Below, in pieces: positions 1-9,585 of a stretch of DNA of 20,010 nt (positions are counted from its first letter, which is position 1; the number at the start of each line of letters is the position of its first letter). Below the pieces are notes generated by a model, which did not search any database, was not told the origin of the DNA, and worked only from the letters and a program-made list of their open reading frames with translations. Position numbers and translations under genes: made by a program. Source of the DNA: Spizellomyces punctatus DAOM BR117 (Eukaryota); the NCBI GenBank assembly GCA_000182565.2, contig KQ257471.1; one strand, given 5' to 3'.

Positions 1-210
1 GTAAAAATTGGAAGCTTATGGAAAGTAAAAAATTATGTAGAGACATGTAGGGATGAGAAATGTCCCCATTTTCCTAGCAAGATTGCAAAAAGAATAGAAA
101 TATCCACATGTTTAAATGGCAACATTGGTTTCCTTGTTTACACAAAAATCCACAGAAGATGTAGGCAACTCAGGCGTCAGAACTCATCCCATCTCAACAT
201 TACCTTTGAG

Positions 211-312
211 GCATACCAGCCGGGATTGGCCACTCCGCGCCCGGCATGCCTGCCGGCATCCTCATGTCCGTTCTTCAAATGGACTACATCTGCGCCGGCA
301 TCTTCTGCCGCA
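211..312 (-). repeat. GC-rich palindromic dispersed repeat, composite copy overlapping the integrase stop
   Basis: The minus strand reads ATGCCGGCGCAGATGTAGTCCATTTGAAGAACGGACATGAGGATGCCGGCAGGCATGCCGGGCGCGGAGTGGCCAATCCCGGC, matching 12232-12320 and 12722-12844. Confidence 0.9.
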
Positions 313-1384
313 GAATTTCTATGTGCAAAAATGTACCCTTCGGACGAACTTTTAACTTTTTCTGTTGCAATCTTGTTTTAGTAGGTCGTGTTTGTACAGG
401 CTCCAACTGATGAATTTCTTTGTGAACTTCTTTTTGTGTTCTGGTCAATTTTACTGGTAGATGACCTGGTTTCTCGGTAATCGGTGCATTGGTTTTCTGT
501 AATTCATAGTATTTGAAACGCTGGTCTATTTCTTTACCATTGGCGTATGCTACTACGAATCGATAGCCATCGACATTGACTATATGGTATACTTCATCAG
601 ACCATTTTGCCTCGTATCCTTTTTTGAAAATATCCTGTTTGAGTAATATTCTTACATGGTCGCCAATGTCAAACTTCTTGAAATCACTTACAGCCTTGCT
701 ATTATCGCGTAGATAATCACCATTAGCAACATCGACAGGTGCCTTTTTCAATAGACTGTGATATGAAGTATTGTAGTTCATAACAAGGTCAGGAAGAGCA
801 TCTATGTAGCGCTTAGTTTTAAATACGGTCATGTATCTGGAGATAACACTTTTCAGTGTGCGATTAAACCTTTCGACCAGACCCATATGGTTATGGTCTG
901 CAACTTCAGCCATGTAATGGTTTATACCATACTTATTGAGCAATTGCTCAAAAACAATGTTGTTGTACTCTGAACCCCTATCAGTCGTGATATTTTTAGG
1001 ACGCCGCCTAGCGAGTAACTTTGTAAAACAATCAGCAATCTTTTCTCTGGTTTTATTCTTGAGAGGAAAAACAAAGGCATAACGAGAGTACACGTCTACA
1101 ATACATAACAGATAACGGTAACCATTGTTGTAGGTAGCATATTTCTGCATGTTGCACAAATCCGATTGCCATATGTGATCAACACCATTGGCTGTTATAT
1201 GCATGTAGTTAGGCTTGACAAGAGGTTTGTGTACTTGTTGCACATGCTGACTGTCGATGAATGTCTTTATATCCTTTCTGGAAATACCCTGATCCTTGAG
1301 TCTCTGGTAGAGCTTTTCTATGCTCTGAAGTCCAGTCTTGGGATCATAGTAAACTTTCTTGATTAGTTCGGTTTTTGTCCCCAT
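284..1384 (-). CDS. Retroviral-like (rve) DDE integrase, Polinton c-integrase type
   Basis: Catalytic triad motifs HIWQSDL, ITTDRGSEY and VERFNRTLK; N-terminal YYDPKTG; YNTSYHS; C-terminal FDIGDHVRI...KKGYEAKWSDEVY typical of Polinton integrases. The ORF is intact and its ATG lies 1 nt after the PolB stop. Confidence 0.95.
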   Translation of the reverse strand: MGTKTELIKKVYYDPKTGLQSIEKLYQRLKDQGISRKDIKTFIDSQHVQQVHKPLVKPNYMHITANGVDHIWQSDLCNMQKYATYNNGYRYLLCIVDVYSRYAFVFPLKNKTREKIADCFTKLLARRRPKNITTDRGSEYNNIVFEQLLNKYGINHYMAEVADHNHMGLVERFNRTLKSVISRYMTVFKTKRYIDALPDLVMNYNTSYHSLLKKAPVDVANGDYLRDNSKAVSDFKKFDIGDHVRILLKQDIFKKGYEAKWSDEVYHIVNVDGYRFVVAYANGKEIDQRFKYYELQKTNAPITEKPGHLPVKLTRTQKEVHKEIHQLEPVQTRPTKTRLQQKKLKVRPKGTFLHIEILRQKMPAQM

Positions 1385-1385
1385 T

Positions 1386-4300
1386 TTAAAAACCGAAAGG
1401 AAGTGTCTCTATGACCTTAGACTCAGAGTTAAATTCTTGAACCACACGTTTGTTGTAGACAAACTTGTACTTTTTGCAGGGTGAGTTATTTTTTTCTGGT
1501 ATGATGATCTTTGTCTTGTTACGCACACTGTGTGTTTTACTAATGTTGATTTCGCTAAAGTTAAAATTAACACAACTCTCTTTCTCAATACCTTCATCAT
1601 CAATGTACCTAGGGTTAAATACTATATCCTTCATAGACTCATGTCCAAGATTGAGTCCATTTTCATATGAAAGTGCGAAGCCTTTACAGACCGTCTTTGC
1701 TCTCCCTGTTTTGTTGAGAATGTAAGAGTAATTCTTAGCGCCACCTGAAACAAATTCTACAATATGGTCGCCTTTCAATTCATCTGTCAGGTCTCCAAGA
1801 TAATTACCATAGGGCAAAGTCTTTTCAGTTGATCCTATATCATCATCAACATATATAATAGAATCAGTATCATAGTACAACACCTTTTCCCCTACAGTAT
1901 CCAGAACACTGTAAAGTTTACAACGAGCCAAAGCGGTAGTGTATGCAGCAATGAAAATACTAGTATTCTTGTCATCACGAACAGCAGCCTTATGCAAGGA
2001 GTATGACAGATCCAAAGTGCGACCATTATCATAATCAACAATGTCGTGTATGATATATTTATCATTGAACATGATGGAGTAGTATTCATCAGGATTTTCC
2101 TCAGCATTGATCGTGATATGCTTACGCATGTTGTTCTTTTGACCGAATTTACCCCACAATGAATTGAGCATCAACTTAGCCACGAGATGTAATCCTTCAT
2201 TGTAGACAATTTTGGCTGGATCAAGACGAATACCTTGCTTGCTTTCGTAGTCGTCAATATACTTTTTTCTGTCGTCATCATTTTTACACCATTTAGGGTA
2301 CCCTGATGCTTCCTGCTTGATTTTGAGAAATGTGAAGATGTAATCTTTGAAAAGATCAGATCCCGTATTTTCGAAATGAAGAACCTCATAAACTTGAGAA
2401 ATGACATAGCCCTTTGAAAGCACTAACTTCACTTCTGGAATGCACCAAGTCCCAACAAAAGCCCTCTGTTCAACAGAGTGGCGACAAACAGAGATACCTT
2501 TTTCAGCACAATTCTTACAAAGAACAAACATGGTCTTGTTGTTAATCTTATCAGGAAGTACAGGGTGATATAACCCACGAGGGGGTACTATTCGACACTT
2601 GATGAAACCATTGTAGTTCAGTTGGCCATCAAAGTTGTTAAGAATCCTTGTGGGGAACGAGTAGCATGGGTACTCTCCAAAAGCATTTACCCAAGGATAC
2701 TGTGATGTAAAATCGCAGTATTTCACTCTTTCCTTCTCAGAACATTTGTAGTAAAGTTTGCTGGCATTTGTTCTACCACCAAAAAATGCATTACGAGGAT
2801 CTAGAGGTCGGATATATTCAATGTCGAGGTCTTTACTCATAACATAATCACATATCTTCTTGTTTGAGTCATATTCACACTCTGAGATCGAGACATAATT
2901 GTAACCTAGAGCAATCAATTCTTCATGCTTATTATCGGTATATCATCTCAAAGACTTATAAGGGACACCATGATAATTAACGGCATCATCGTCTTTGCAT
3001 TGTTTACACCCATGGAATTCACAACCATTAAATTCATACACAGTATTTGTCGAAGGAGAATAGCCATCGGCATAGAATTTTTTCCCATTTAATCGGTCAA
3101 TCCATTTCTCTCCACCGCGTAGAACATGTCGCATATCCGGAACGCCATTATCACATAGATATTCGAGCCACTGGACAGCCTTGTCTGAATGACGCCGCAT
3201 TCCTTCTTCATGATGTGTGGGTATGCTTTCTTCAGGCATGAACATATGCCTGTAAGTCCCCATACATGCCGATGCTATGGTTTTATAAGCCCAAGGATCA
3301 ATTTCACCATCGGTTGCTACAAGGAATTGCTCTCGGAACAATTTCACGGCCGCTGCTAGAATATCGACATCATTCTTGCAGTATTCAACAAGTTCCTTAG
3401 TGTAATCAAAAACATACCTACCCTTCATGCATTCGCGTAGGGTTTTCTTGTACCAGCGTCGTGCATCAGCGCGTTTATCATAGGGCATACTGTCGAATCA
3501 AAAATCATCCAAAGATGGTAAAACGCCTTTATAATCATTTGAACATTTGAACCAATGTGGAAAGTAACCCTTACGAACATGTTCCTCTAATCCAAACATG
3601 GAAGGCAACTTTGACAGTCCCATAGGCAAAAACGACATGCTATCAATGAACCGGATGTTGAACTTGGGCAGCACCATTGAAATGATCTTCAACCCATTTG
3701 AGATATACTTAGGCTTAACACCGTTGTCATTGAACTTTTTGAAGAGAAAGTGGAAATCGTAACCCTGACCATTGTGAGCAATGAATGTTGTATTAGGGTT
3801 CTTGAAGATGAATTGATAAAAAGCATCAAATTCAAAGAAGGAGTGATGCTCATGACATTGGCACACAGATTGGCATAGACCGGTACAAACTACCTTGCAA
3901 TCCGTAAACTTTACACAATGTTCACCATCATGTAGAAACTCTGATTCAAAATCAAATGCTATGATCTTGCTAATGTGCTTTCTGGGTTTCTTTTTCTGTA
4001 TGAAGCATCGATGGTCAGGAGTGACGTAAGCCTTGCAAGGATGGCAGAGATAGTGGTTGCAATCGTGTAACTCAGCACAATTACCGTCATAATAAGCACG
4101 CTCAAATACACGCCTGCAGCCACCTTCCTTGTTACATTTCCATATTTTATCGCATTTTTTCTCCTTGTGATAATCATCACAATCTCCTGAAAAGTGACCT
4201 AAGTTACAACTTAAACACAACACTAGATCATCAGGAGATCCTTGTTTACATGTGACCCGACCACAAAGGTTGCATCCTCGTTTCTTATCACATTTATGAT

Positions 4301-5528
4301 TGGTATGCTTGTGTCCTTTCATGCATTGGAAACAAAAATACGATGCACAGTAAAAGGCGTTAATCTTGGTTATGCAATCGAAATGATCCCCTTTACGTAG
4401 GATAGTAGCAGGTTTCTCATCGTATTGCTCGTTGTTAACACCTTTGACCATAAGAGGCTTACCACCGTTCTCTAGATCAACAATAACGATGTTCCTTTTG
4501 AGGAATGAAACCAACTTTGGAAAGTCGCCGTAAGACATCTTCTGACCAACAGGTAACCCGCATCCTTCATAATAGTTAGTAACAATTTTGTCCAGTGGCT
4601 TTCTTTGTTTCATGATGTACGCATATTCATTTGTTGAGTGATCCATCGCATGGAATGCTACGGATAAGGCAACTGCTCTCATACCACAATTGTTACCATT
4701 GTTTTTCACAACAATGACACAACTTTTTGACTGTGCTGATAGATGGTCATGATAGTTTTTGAAGGCGCCGCCCTTTACCGAAACTAAACGATGCACCTCG
4801 ATAGTCATGCTTTCATCGATTGATGCTATTTCAGCCGATTGCATTCTCGCAGTAATTTCATCTATCACATCAGAAGCAATCAGATCACTAACTGATACAA
4901 CTTTTGATGACCAAAATCCATTGTGTAGACTTTGATGTTGAAACCCTATTTGCACTTTGTCACCGCATTCAAGGCCTACAAGTGATTCCTTGATGACATC
5001 ATTGAAAAATGAAACAATATCATCATGAGTAGCGAAGGTGTACTTTGGATTGAACCGATAAAGTTCCTTTGTATAACCGATACCTTTGATTTTGATCTCT
5101 TTGACAGATATTAAAGGTGAGAATGATTCTTGACGCTTTCGAAGATTATACTTACGTTTAGCCCTAGTGGCAGCAGCCTTCTTAGCGGCTTCCTTTCGCT
5201 TTTTAATAGCAGCCTGAGCCCTCTCTTGAATTTCTCTCATCTCGCGCTCTTCCGCTTCTTTATTAAGCCTTCTCGTCACTCTGGCCTTTTCAGCAATAGC
5301 CTGCTTTTGAGCCTCAGTGCGTCTCGCAGCAGCAATTCTTTTTTCTCGCTCAGATTGTAGGAATCTTGGTACTCGATGTATTTGAAGGTTCTCTAGTGCT
5401 TCTCGTCGTTTCTTAGTCCAGTTCTTACGTGAGAAGTTTCCAGAGACGATCTTCCGCATCATCTTCTCGAAAGGCTTCGAGTCTTCTTTTACGTTTCTGT
5501 TTGCGATTGGGTCAAAAATCAAAGGCAT
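1386..5528 (-). pseudogene. polB: Protein-primed family B DNA polymerase (pPolB, ~1380 aa) with two in-frame TGA codons
   Basis: ORFs 3498-5528, 2943-3488 and 1386-2918 share one frame and are separated only by TGA at 3498-3500 (LDDF*FDSM) and 2943-2945 (SLR*YTDN). Motifs: ExoI IAFDFES, ExoII AHNGQGYDF, FIDSMSF, KGYFPH, ExoIII YCKNDV, FFGGRT, DFTSQYP, KLMLNSLWGKFGQ, YYDTDS. Confidence 0.93.
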
Positions 5529-5597
5529 AGTAAATAGAAATATATAGTGTTAAAAAATAAATATTTTCAAAGCTTTAAACGTATTTGTTCTTCGAAT

Positions 5598-5634
5598 GAT
5601 GCCGGGCGCAGAGCGGCCAATCCCGGCAGGGATG
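5598..5634 (+). repeat. GC-rich palindromic dispersed repeat, intergenic copy
   Basis: GATGCCGGGCGCAGAGCGGCCAATCCCGGCAGGGATG, immediately 3' of the 5636-5950 gene. Confidence 0.9.
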
Positions 5635-5635
5635 T

Positions 5636-5950
5636 TCATGCAAAGTGAGCAACTTTTACTGGATCATCAGGAATAGCCACTTTTCGATTTATTTTAAAGT
5701 ATCTCATCTTAGGAGGAGGTGGTGGTGGTTTTCGTATACATGGTAACTTTTCTATAGCATACATCTTTGAAATAGGCGATTCTGCTAACCCATGTATTAT
5801 ATTATGAATGTATGAGCGCGAGACACCTAACCTGTTAGCAATCTCTATGGCTGCCCGATAGTCATTTACAAATGTTCTAGAACCATCTTCTTCGATCTTG
5901 TATACCCTGTAGCGATCCTTCGTGTTTATCGATCCTGATTTGCATCCCAT
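5636..5950 (-). CDS. Small putative DNA-binding protein, NUMOD1/HTH-like
   Basis: The segment FVNDYRAAIEIANRLGVSRSYIHNIIHG matches a NUMOD1-type helix-turn-helix pattern. It has a proline-rich basic tail and an AT-rich upstream region. Confidence 0.6.
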   Translation of the reverse strand: MGCKSGSINTKDRYRVYKIEEDGSRTFVNDYRAAIEIANRLGVSRSYIHNIIHGLAESPISKMYAIEKLPCIRKPPPPPPKMRYFKINRKVAIPDDPVKVAHFA

Positions 5951-6212
5951 GTTAAAATATATTGTGTATACAAAATATTATTTCTCTTTGTTTAAACGTG
6001 TGTGTTTATTAGCAAATGTTGTACAAAAGCTCTATAACAACGCCCCTACATGACGCTAAACAAAGGGATATCTATGTACATTGTGCTATGAAACACCTTT
6101 ACAGACTGTTTTTGTCGTTTTGTATTTTTTTTTTTCTGGTTTTGTTGTTTTGTAATTTTTTTTTGTTGATTTCATGGATTTTTTAGCATGTGTCAACGGT
6201 AATTGAAGAGAA

Positions 6213-6812
6213 TCAAGCAGCGGCACTACTGCTTCCTACATCTGGAGGATTGATAACATCAGCATGGACAATGTCCTGATCGCTCACTTTAGCCTTGACG
6301 CTCTTTCTGTGCTTAGGAGTGCTAGCTGCTATGAGTGCGTTAATCTGCATCTGTTGCTGCTCGATACGCTCCATGAGCATTTGCTCTAAATTAGCAGATT
6401 CCCCATCACGCTCAGGGCTTGACCGCTCGACACGTCTACGTTTACCCTTTTTGTGGTTGTAATCGCTGTCATCGGCATCATCGGAATCGTCGTCAGAACC
6501 AGAACTCAAGGTTTCACCATCAGACTCGAAATCTTTGAACTTTCTCTTTAACTTGAGAGATGAAGATTTCCATTTATCCTCTTCTCGCTCCTTCCGCTCT
6601 AGGAGTCGTCCCAGATGACCTTGAAGTGATTCTAGCAACTCCTTGTCTTCCTTATATATCTTCTGATTATCAGCCATATTTTCTAATAAACACTCACTTT
6701 GCTCGAAGGTGAGATCCTCTAGACCCATCTTGAGAGCACGACGCACTATGGGATGTAGCAAGCCTCCTACAAAGTGCGTCACTTGCCCCCATTGACTCTT
6801 TGCAATGGACAT
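6213..6812 (-). CDS. Hypothetical protein with acidic tract, NLS-like basic patches and a short coiled coil
   Basis: 199-aa ATG ORF on the same strand as its neighbours, containing SSGSDDDSDDADDSD, KKGKRRR and LMERIEQQQMQINAL. Confidence 0.65.
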   Translation of the reverse strand: MSIAKSQWGQVTHFVGGLLHPIVRRALKMGLEDLTFEQSECLLENMADNQKIYKEDKELLESLQGHLGRLLERKEREEDKWKSSSLKLKRKFKDFESDGETLSSGSDDDSDDADDSDYNHKKGKRRRVERSSPERDGESANLEQMLMERIEQQQMQINALIAASTPKHRKSVKAKVSDQDIVHADVINPPDVGSSSAAA

Positions 6813-6957
6813 GTTTCAAATTCGGTTAGGTGTTTCAGAAAATGTAGCTATGTTTCAGATTCGGTTAGATGTTTCAGAATTATGGCGCGTGTTTCAGAAC
6901 ACGTATCTGATGTTTCAGATTCGGTTAAATGTTTCGAATCATACCTGATGTTTCAAA
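6812..6957. repeat. Phased array of 8 TGTTTC(A/G)(G/A)A motifs, 19-21 bp apart
   Basis: Motif starts at 6812, 6831, 6851, 6870, 6890, 6911, 6930 and 6949. The spacer TTCGGTTA recurs three times. Confidence 0.9.
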
Positions 6958-7056
6958 CCCGTACTCATGCTAATGGGAGAAAAGATACACCGAGTGCCTT
7001 TTTATGCCACCGGCTTGTACTCAGGGATGCCCTTCCGTTCAATGGAAAGAATCTTG

Positions 7057-7082
7057 GCATCCCTGCAGGGATGCGCCGGCAT
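7057..7082. repeat. Perfect 18-bp palindrome built from the repeat terminus
   Basis: GCATCCCTGCAGGGATGC (7057-7074) followed by GCCGGCAT. CAGGGATGC is the 3' end of the repeat family. Confidence 0.75.
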
Positions 7083-7109
7083 AGTCTTGGCATTTCTTGG
7101 CGCCATTTT

Positions 7110-7283
7110 TTAAACATAAACAACACGCCTCACGACTCTTCCAGAACCGTAGCGTCACTTACGTGTTGCTGCGGCTTTTCTAGCAGCGATGATGCGCCTG
7201 TTTCTTGCACGAGCAGCCGCTCTAAGTCCTTTATTCGGCATGGCCGATACGTTGATGAGTTTTCTATGGGATTTCTTAGCCAT
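7110..7283 (-). pseudogene. Small Arg/Lys/Ala-rich basic protein (putative DNA-condensing core protein), one in-frame TGA
   Basis: Manual translation: MAKKSHRKLINVSAMPNKGLRAAARARNRRIIAARKAAATRK*RYGSGRVVRRVVYV-TAA, with TGA at 7155-7157. It lies directly downstream of the MCP gene and is absent from the ORF track. Confidence 0.7.
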
Positions 7284-7342
7284 AATGTGATTCAATATTA
7301 GGGTGTCCTATACATATGTGAAGAATATAATTGTTCGCATTA

Positions 7343-8689
7343 CTAAGCCGGAACCAATCTAATACCATCTTTGTTGATGCTCATCACATGATCAGTAGTC
7401 CAAAATACATGAAATGTCTTGTCCTTGAATGTAGGAATGCCGGCGAAATCGGCTGTTTCCGGAGGATTTGGATATTGAGAGACATTGATTAGAATGCGCC
7501 CATCGGCTAGAGTCTGAAGACCACCACCAATCATGTCGGGGGTTTGCTTGAAATTCTGCCTCCACGACCAATGTTTTATCTTTTTTCCTCCTAGATCCCA
7601 TCCTTCCAAATCAGACATAGTGGGCGCAAACTTGACATCGTTAAAGTCCTTGTTCCTTTGTGAAAGAGCATACATCTCTGGGTCTATAGTAGAGACAACT
7701 CCTGTTTTCTCAGAGCCATGTGCAATAGCCTTCCCTTGTGGGAACCGTTCCATTCCTACTTGGATAGAAATGGTTCTAATACCTGCATCGTCCGAATAAT
7801 TCAATTTGTCTACATCAGTCCTTAAATTGTCAGTTGTCACCAACATCAATGACGAAACAGAGGACTGTTCACCTGTTACAAGCGAGAGTTGTTGTACTCG
7901 ACTATCTTGTCCTGCAAACTCTTGACTCCACACTATTTGCATGGGGATAGTCAGGGGTGTAGGATCCTCAGCCTGCATCAAAGCAAGCACTTTATCATAG
8001 TATTCCTTGACCAGTTCAGCAAACTGACAAATCAGTTCATTTTGTTCAATCCTGAAATATTTGATTATTCCGGATGTGGGAAAAATTTTCGTGAGTTCAG
8101 TCTCAGCAGTCATTTCAAGGGTTACTCCTCCTTTTACAAGACATAGAGGAAAAGCCACTTCATTTTGAAAGAATGACAGCGATGAGCCGGTGACAGTGTA
8201 AGCCCTGTTTGTAGCAACCACTGCTGAACGGTCATTATCCTCACTCGAATAATACTTGCATTGGCCAAGATGTTGTTTGGTTTCCCACGATGTTAGAGCG
8301 TTTTCATGCACCGTAAAAAGGTTGTAGTCATTGAGATCTTCAATGATCCTTCCATTGATCAGAATAGATTGCCGTTTCCATACAGCATCTGTTCCTGATT
8401 GACATAGCCTGTGGGTTGCAGTGGCAGAAACAACTTCTTTGTAATCATCATCAAGCCCTACTAGTCTATATTTGTGCAATGTTTCATTAACGAGCCAGAA
8501 ACGCTTGTCATCTGCTATTTTAAAAACTAGTTTCCTGCCTGCTCGACAGTCCCCACTTCCGTTTGTTGGCTCGAAGCGAACCTGACTAGATGGCTGGAAG
8601 TTTAGAATGACTCCGTTTTTTGTGGATCGTTTATAAGTAAATGCCGATGGGACACGTCTGACCTCTGTTACTTCAATATCGGATGACAT
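7343..8689 (-). CDS. Major capsid protein, double jelly-roll, PLV type
   Basis: 448 aa and beta-rich. The N-terminal pattern RFEPTNG...RKLVFKI...AVWKRQSILINGRIIEDLNDYN resembles PLV MCPs. It is adjacent to the packaging ATPase and the ORF is intact. Confidence 0.8.
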   Translation of the reverse strand: MSSDIEVTEVRRVPSAFTYKRSTKNGVILNFQPSSQVRFEPTNGSGDCRAGRKLVFKIADDKRFWLVNETLHKYRLVGLDDDYKEVVSATATHRLCQSGTDAVWKRQSILINGRIIEDLNDYNLFTVHENALTSWETKQHLGQCKYYSSEDNDRSAVVATNRAYTVTGSSLSFFQNEVAFPLCLVKGGVTLEMTAETELTKIFPTSGIIKYFRIEQNELICQFAELVKEYYDKVLALMQAEDPTPLTIPMQIVWSQEFAGQDSRVQQLSLVTGEQSSVSSLMLVTTDNLRTDVDKLNYSDDAGIRTISIQVGMERFPQGKAIAHGSEKTGVVSTIDPEMYALSQRNKDFNDVKFAPTMSDLEGWDLGGKKIKHWSWRQNFKQTPDMIGGGLQTLADGRILINVSQYPNPPETADFAGIPTFKDKTFHVFWTTDHVMSINKDGIRLVPA

Positions 8690-8848
8690 GGTTTACTTTA
8701 CACATCTAGAAAAAAAAAACGTCATTTTTTAAGCAAAAGTGACATCAAAAATTGTGCCTTTCGGAAAGGAGTTTGCTGTCCTAAATAGCCTGAACTCAGT
8801 CGGTGTAGCTTAACAAGTTACAATGGTTGTCAAAGCGAGGGGGTCAAA

Positions 8849-8867
8849 GGGGGACAGCCTGTCCCCC
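8849..8867. terminator. GC-rich hairpin at the 3' end of the ATPase gene
   Basis: GGGGGACA-GCC-TGTCCCCC is a perfect 8-bp stem overlapping the TAG at 8867-8869. The function is inferred from position only. Confidence 0.4.
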
Positions 8868-9538
8868 TACGAAAAACCAACTCTAAAAGGTCATTTCGAA
8901 CTTTGTAGATTTATGTGCACAAAATGAAATGGTTTCTTTGTATTAACCATAACGAACTTTTCAAATACATCTTCAGGTAAAGCGAGAGATAAGCCTGCTT
9001 CGACCATTTTCTTAAGTTCGCTTTTCAAAGGTCTAAAAATGATCCAGTTTGTTGCATTGCTACGTACAGCGGGACTATTGTGATAAAAATATTGACTCGA
9101 CAGGATGCAAGTGATACCGGCATGCCTTCCACGTGTTGCCAACTCATCGAGTGACTTCTTATGTCCCTTTTGCATGTTGTAGTCATCTATGATTAGAAGC
9201 AGGTCTCGTTTTCTTCCACTTCGAACAAATTCATAAAGTTGCTCTTCGTGTATAAAATTGAGTATTTCATTGGAAATCTTGTCAAATATATGAACCTTTT
9301 TGCTCGTTCTTAAGGGGTTCCAATTGGTGTCATGCGGATTTGGTGTGAATATTATGATATTCGAATACTGCTTCTTCAAGAACAATTTGCATATCACAGC
9401 AATGTTTAGCGTTTTACCGCTAAATCGAGCACCATTGTATATGATAAAACCATACTTTCTAGGAAGCCGTGGATCTGTATTATCCTTTATGCGTCCAGAG
9501 ACTTGACTAGGTAAAGGGGCAATTGTGATTGGCTTCAT
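8867..9538 (-). CDS. A32/FtsK-HerA family genome-packaging ATPase (in-frame TGA 8 codons before the probable original stop)
   Basis: Walker A GARFSGKT, Walker B LLIIDD, RGRH arginine finger, SSQY, VRSN. Probable start MKPITI at 9538 (alternative ATG 9577). TGA at 8891-8893 is followed in frame by PFRVGFS-TAG, which resembles the usual C-terminal FRxxF ending. Confidence 0.92.
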
Positions 9539-9585
9539 TGCACTTGTTTTTATTTGCTCTCTGTATCTATAATACATTAGAAGAA

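Noticed and set aside
1-210. Polinton terminal inverted repeat or element end
   Set aside because: No AG/AGT-type terminal repeats and no inverted match to the right end of the window were seen.
2943-3500. PolB as three separate genes, or split by introns or programmed frameshifts
   Set aside because: All parts are in the same frame and separated by single TGA codons, so no intron or frameshift is needed.
6105-6172. T-rich tract as a retroposed poly(A) tail
   Set aside because: It is interrupted low-complexity sequence with no TSD and is more simply an intergenic or UTR region.
6812-6957. CRISPR-like array
   Set aside because: The repeats are 9 nt, the spacers are 10-12 nt and partly identical, there are no cas genes, and the context is eukaryotic viral.
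6774-7301. 175-aa plus-strand ORF
   Set aside because: It has a GTG start, runs through the repeat array, and is antisense to the better-supported basic-protein gene.
9112-9130. GGAAGGCATGCCGGTATC in the ATPase resembling the palindromic repeat
   Set aside because: It encodes the conserved RGRH motif and the match is short, so it is probably coincidental.
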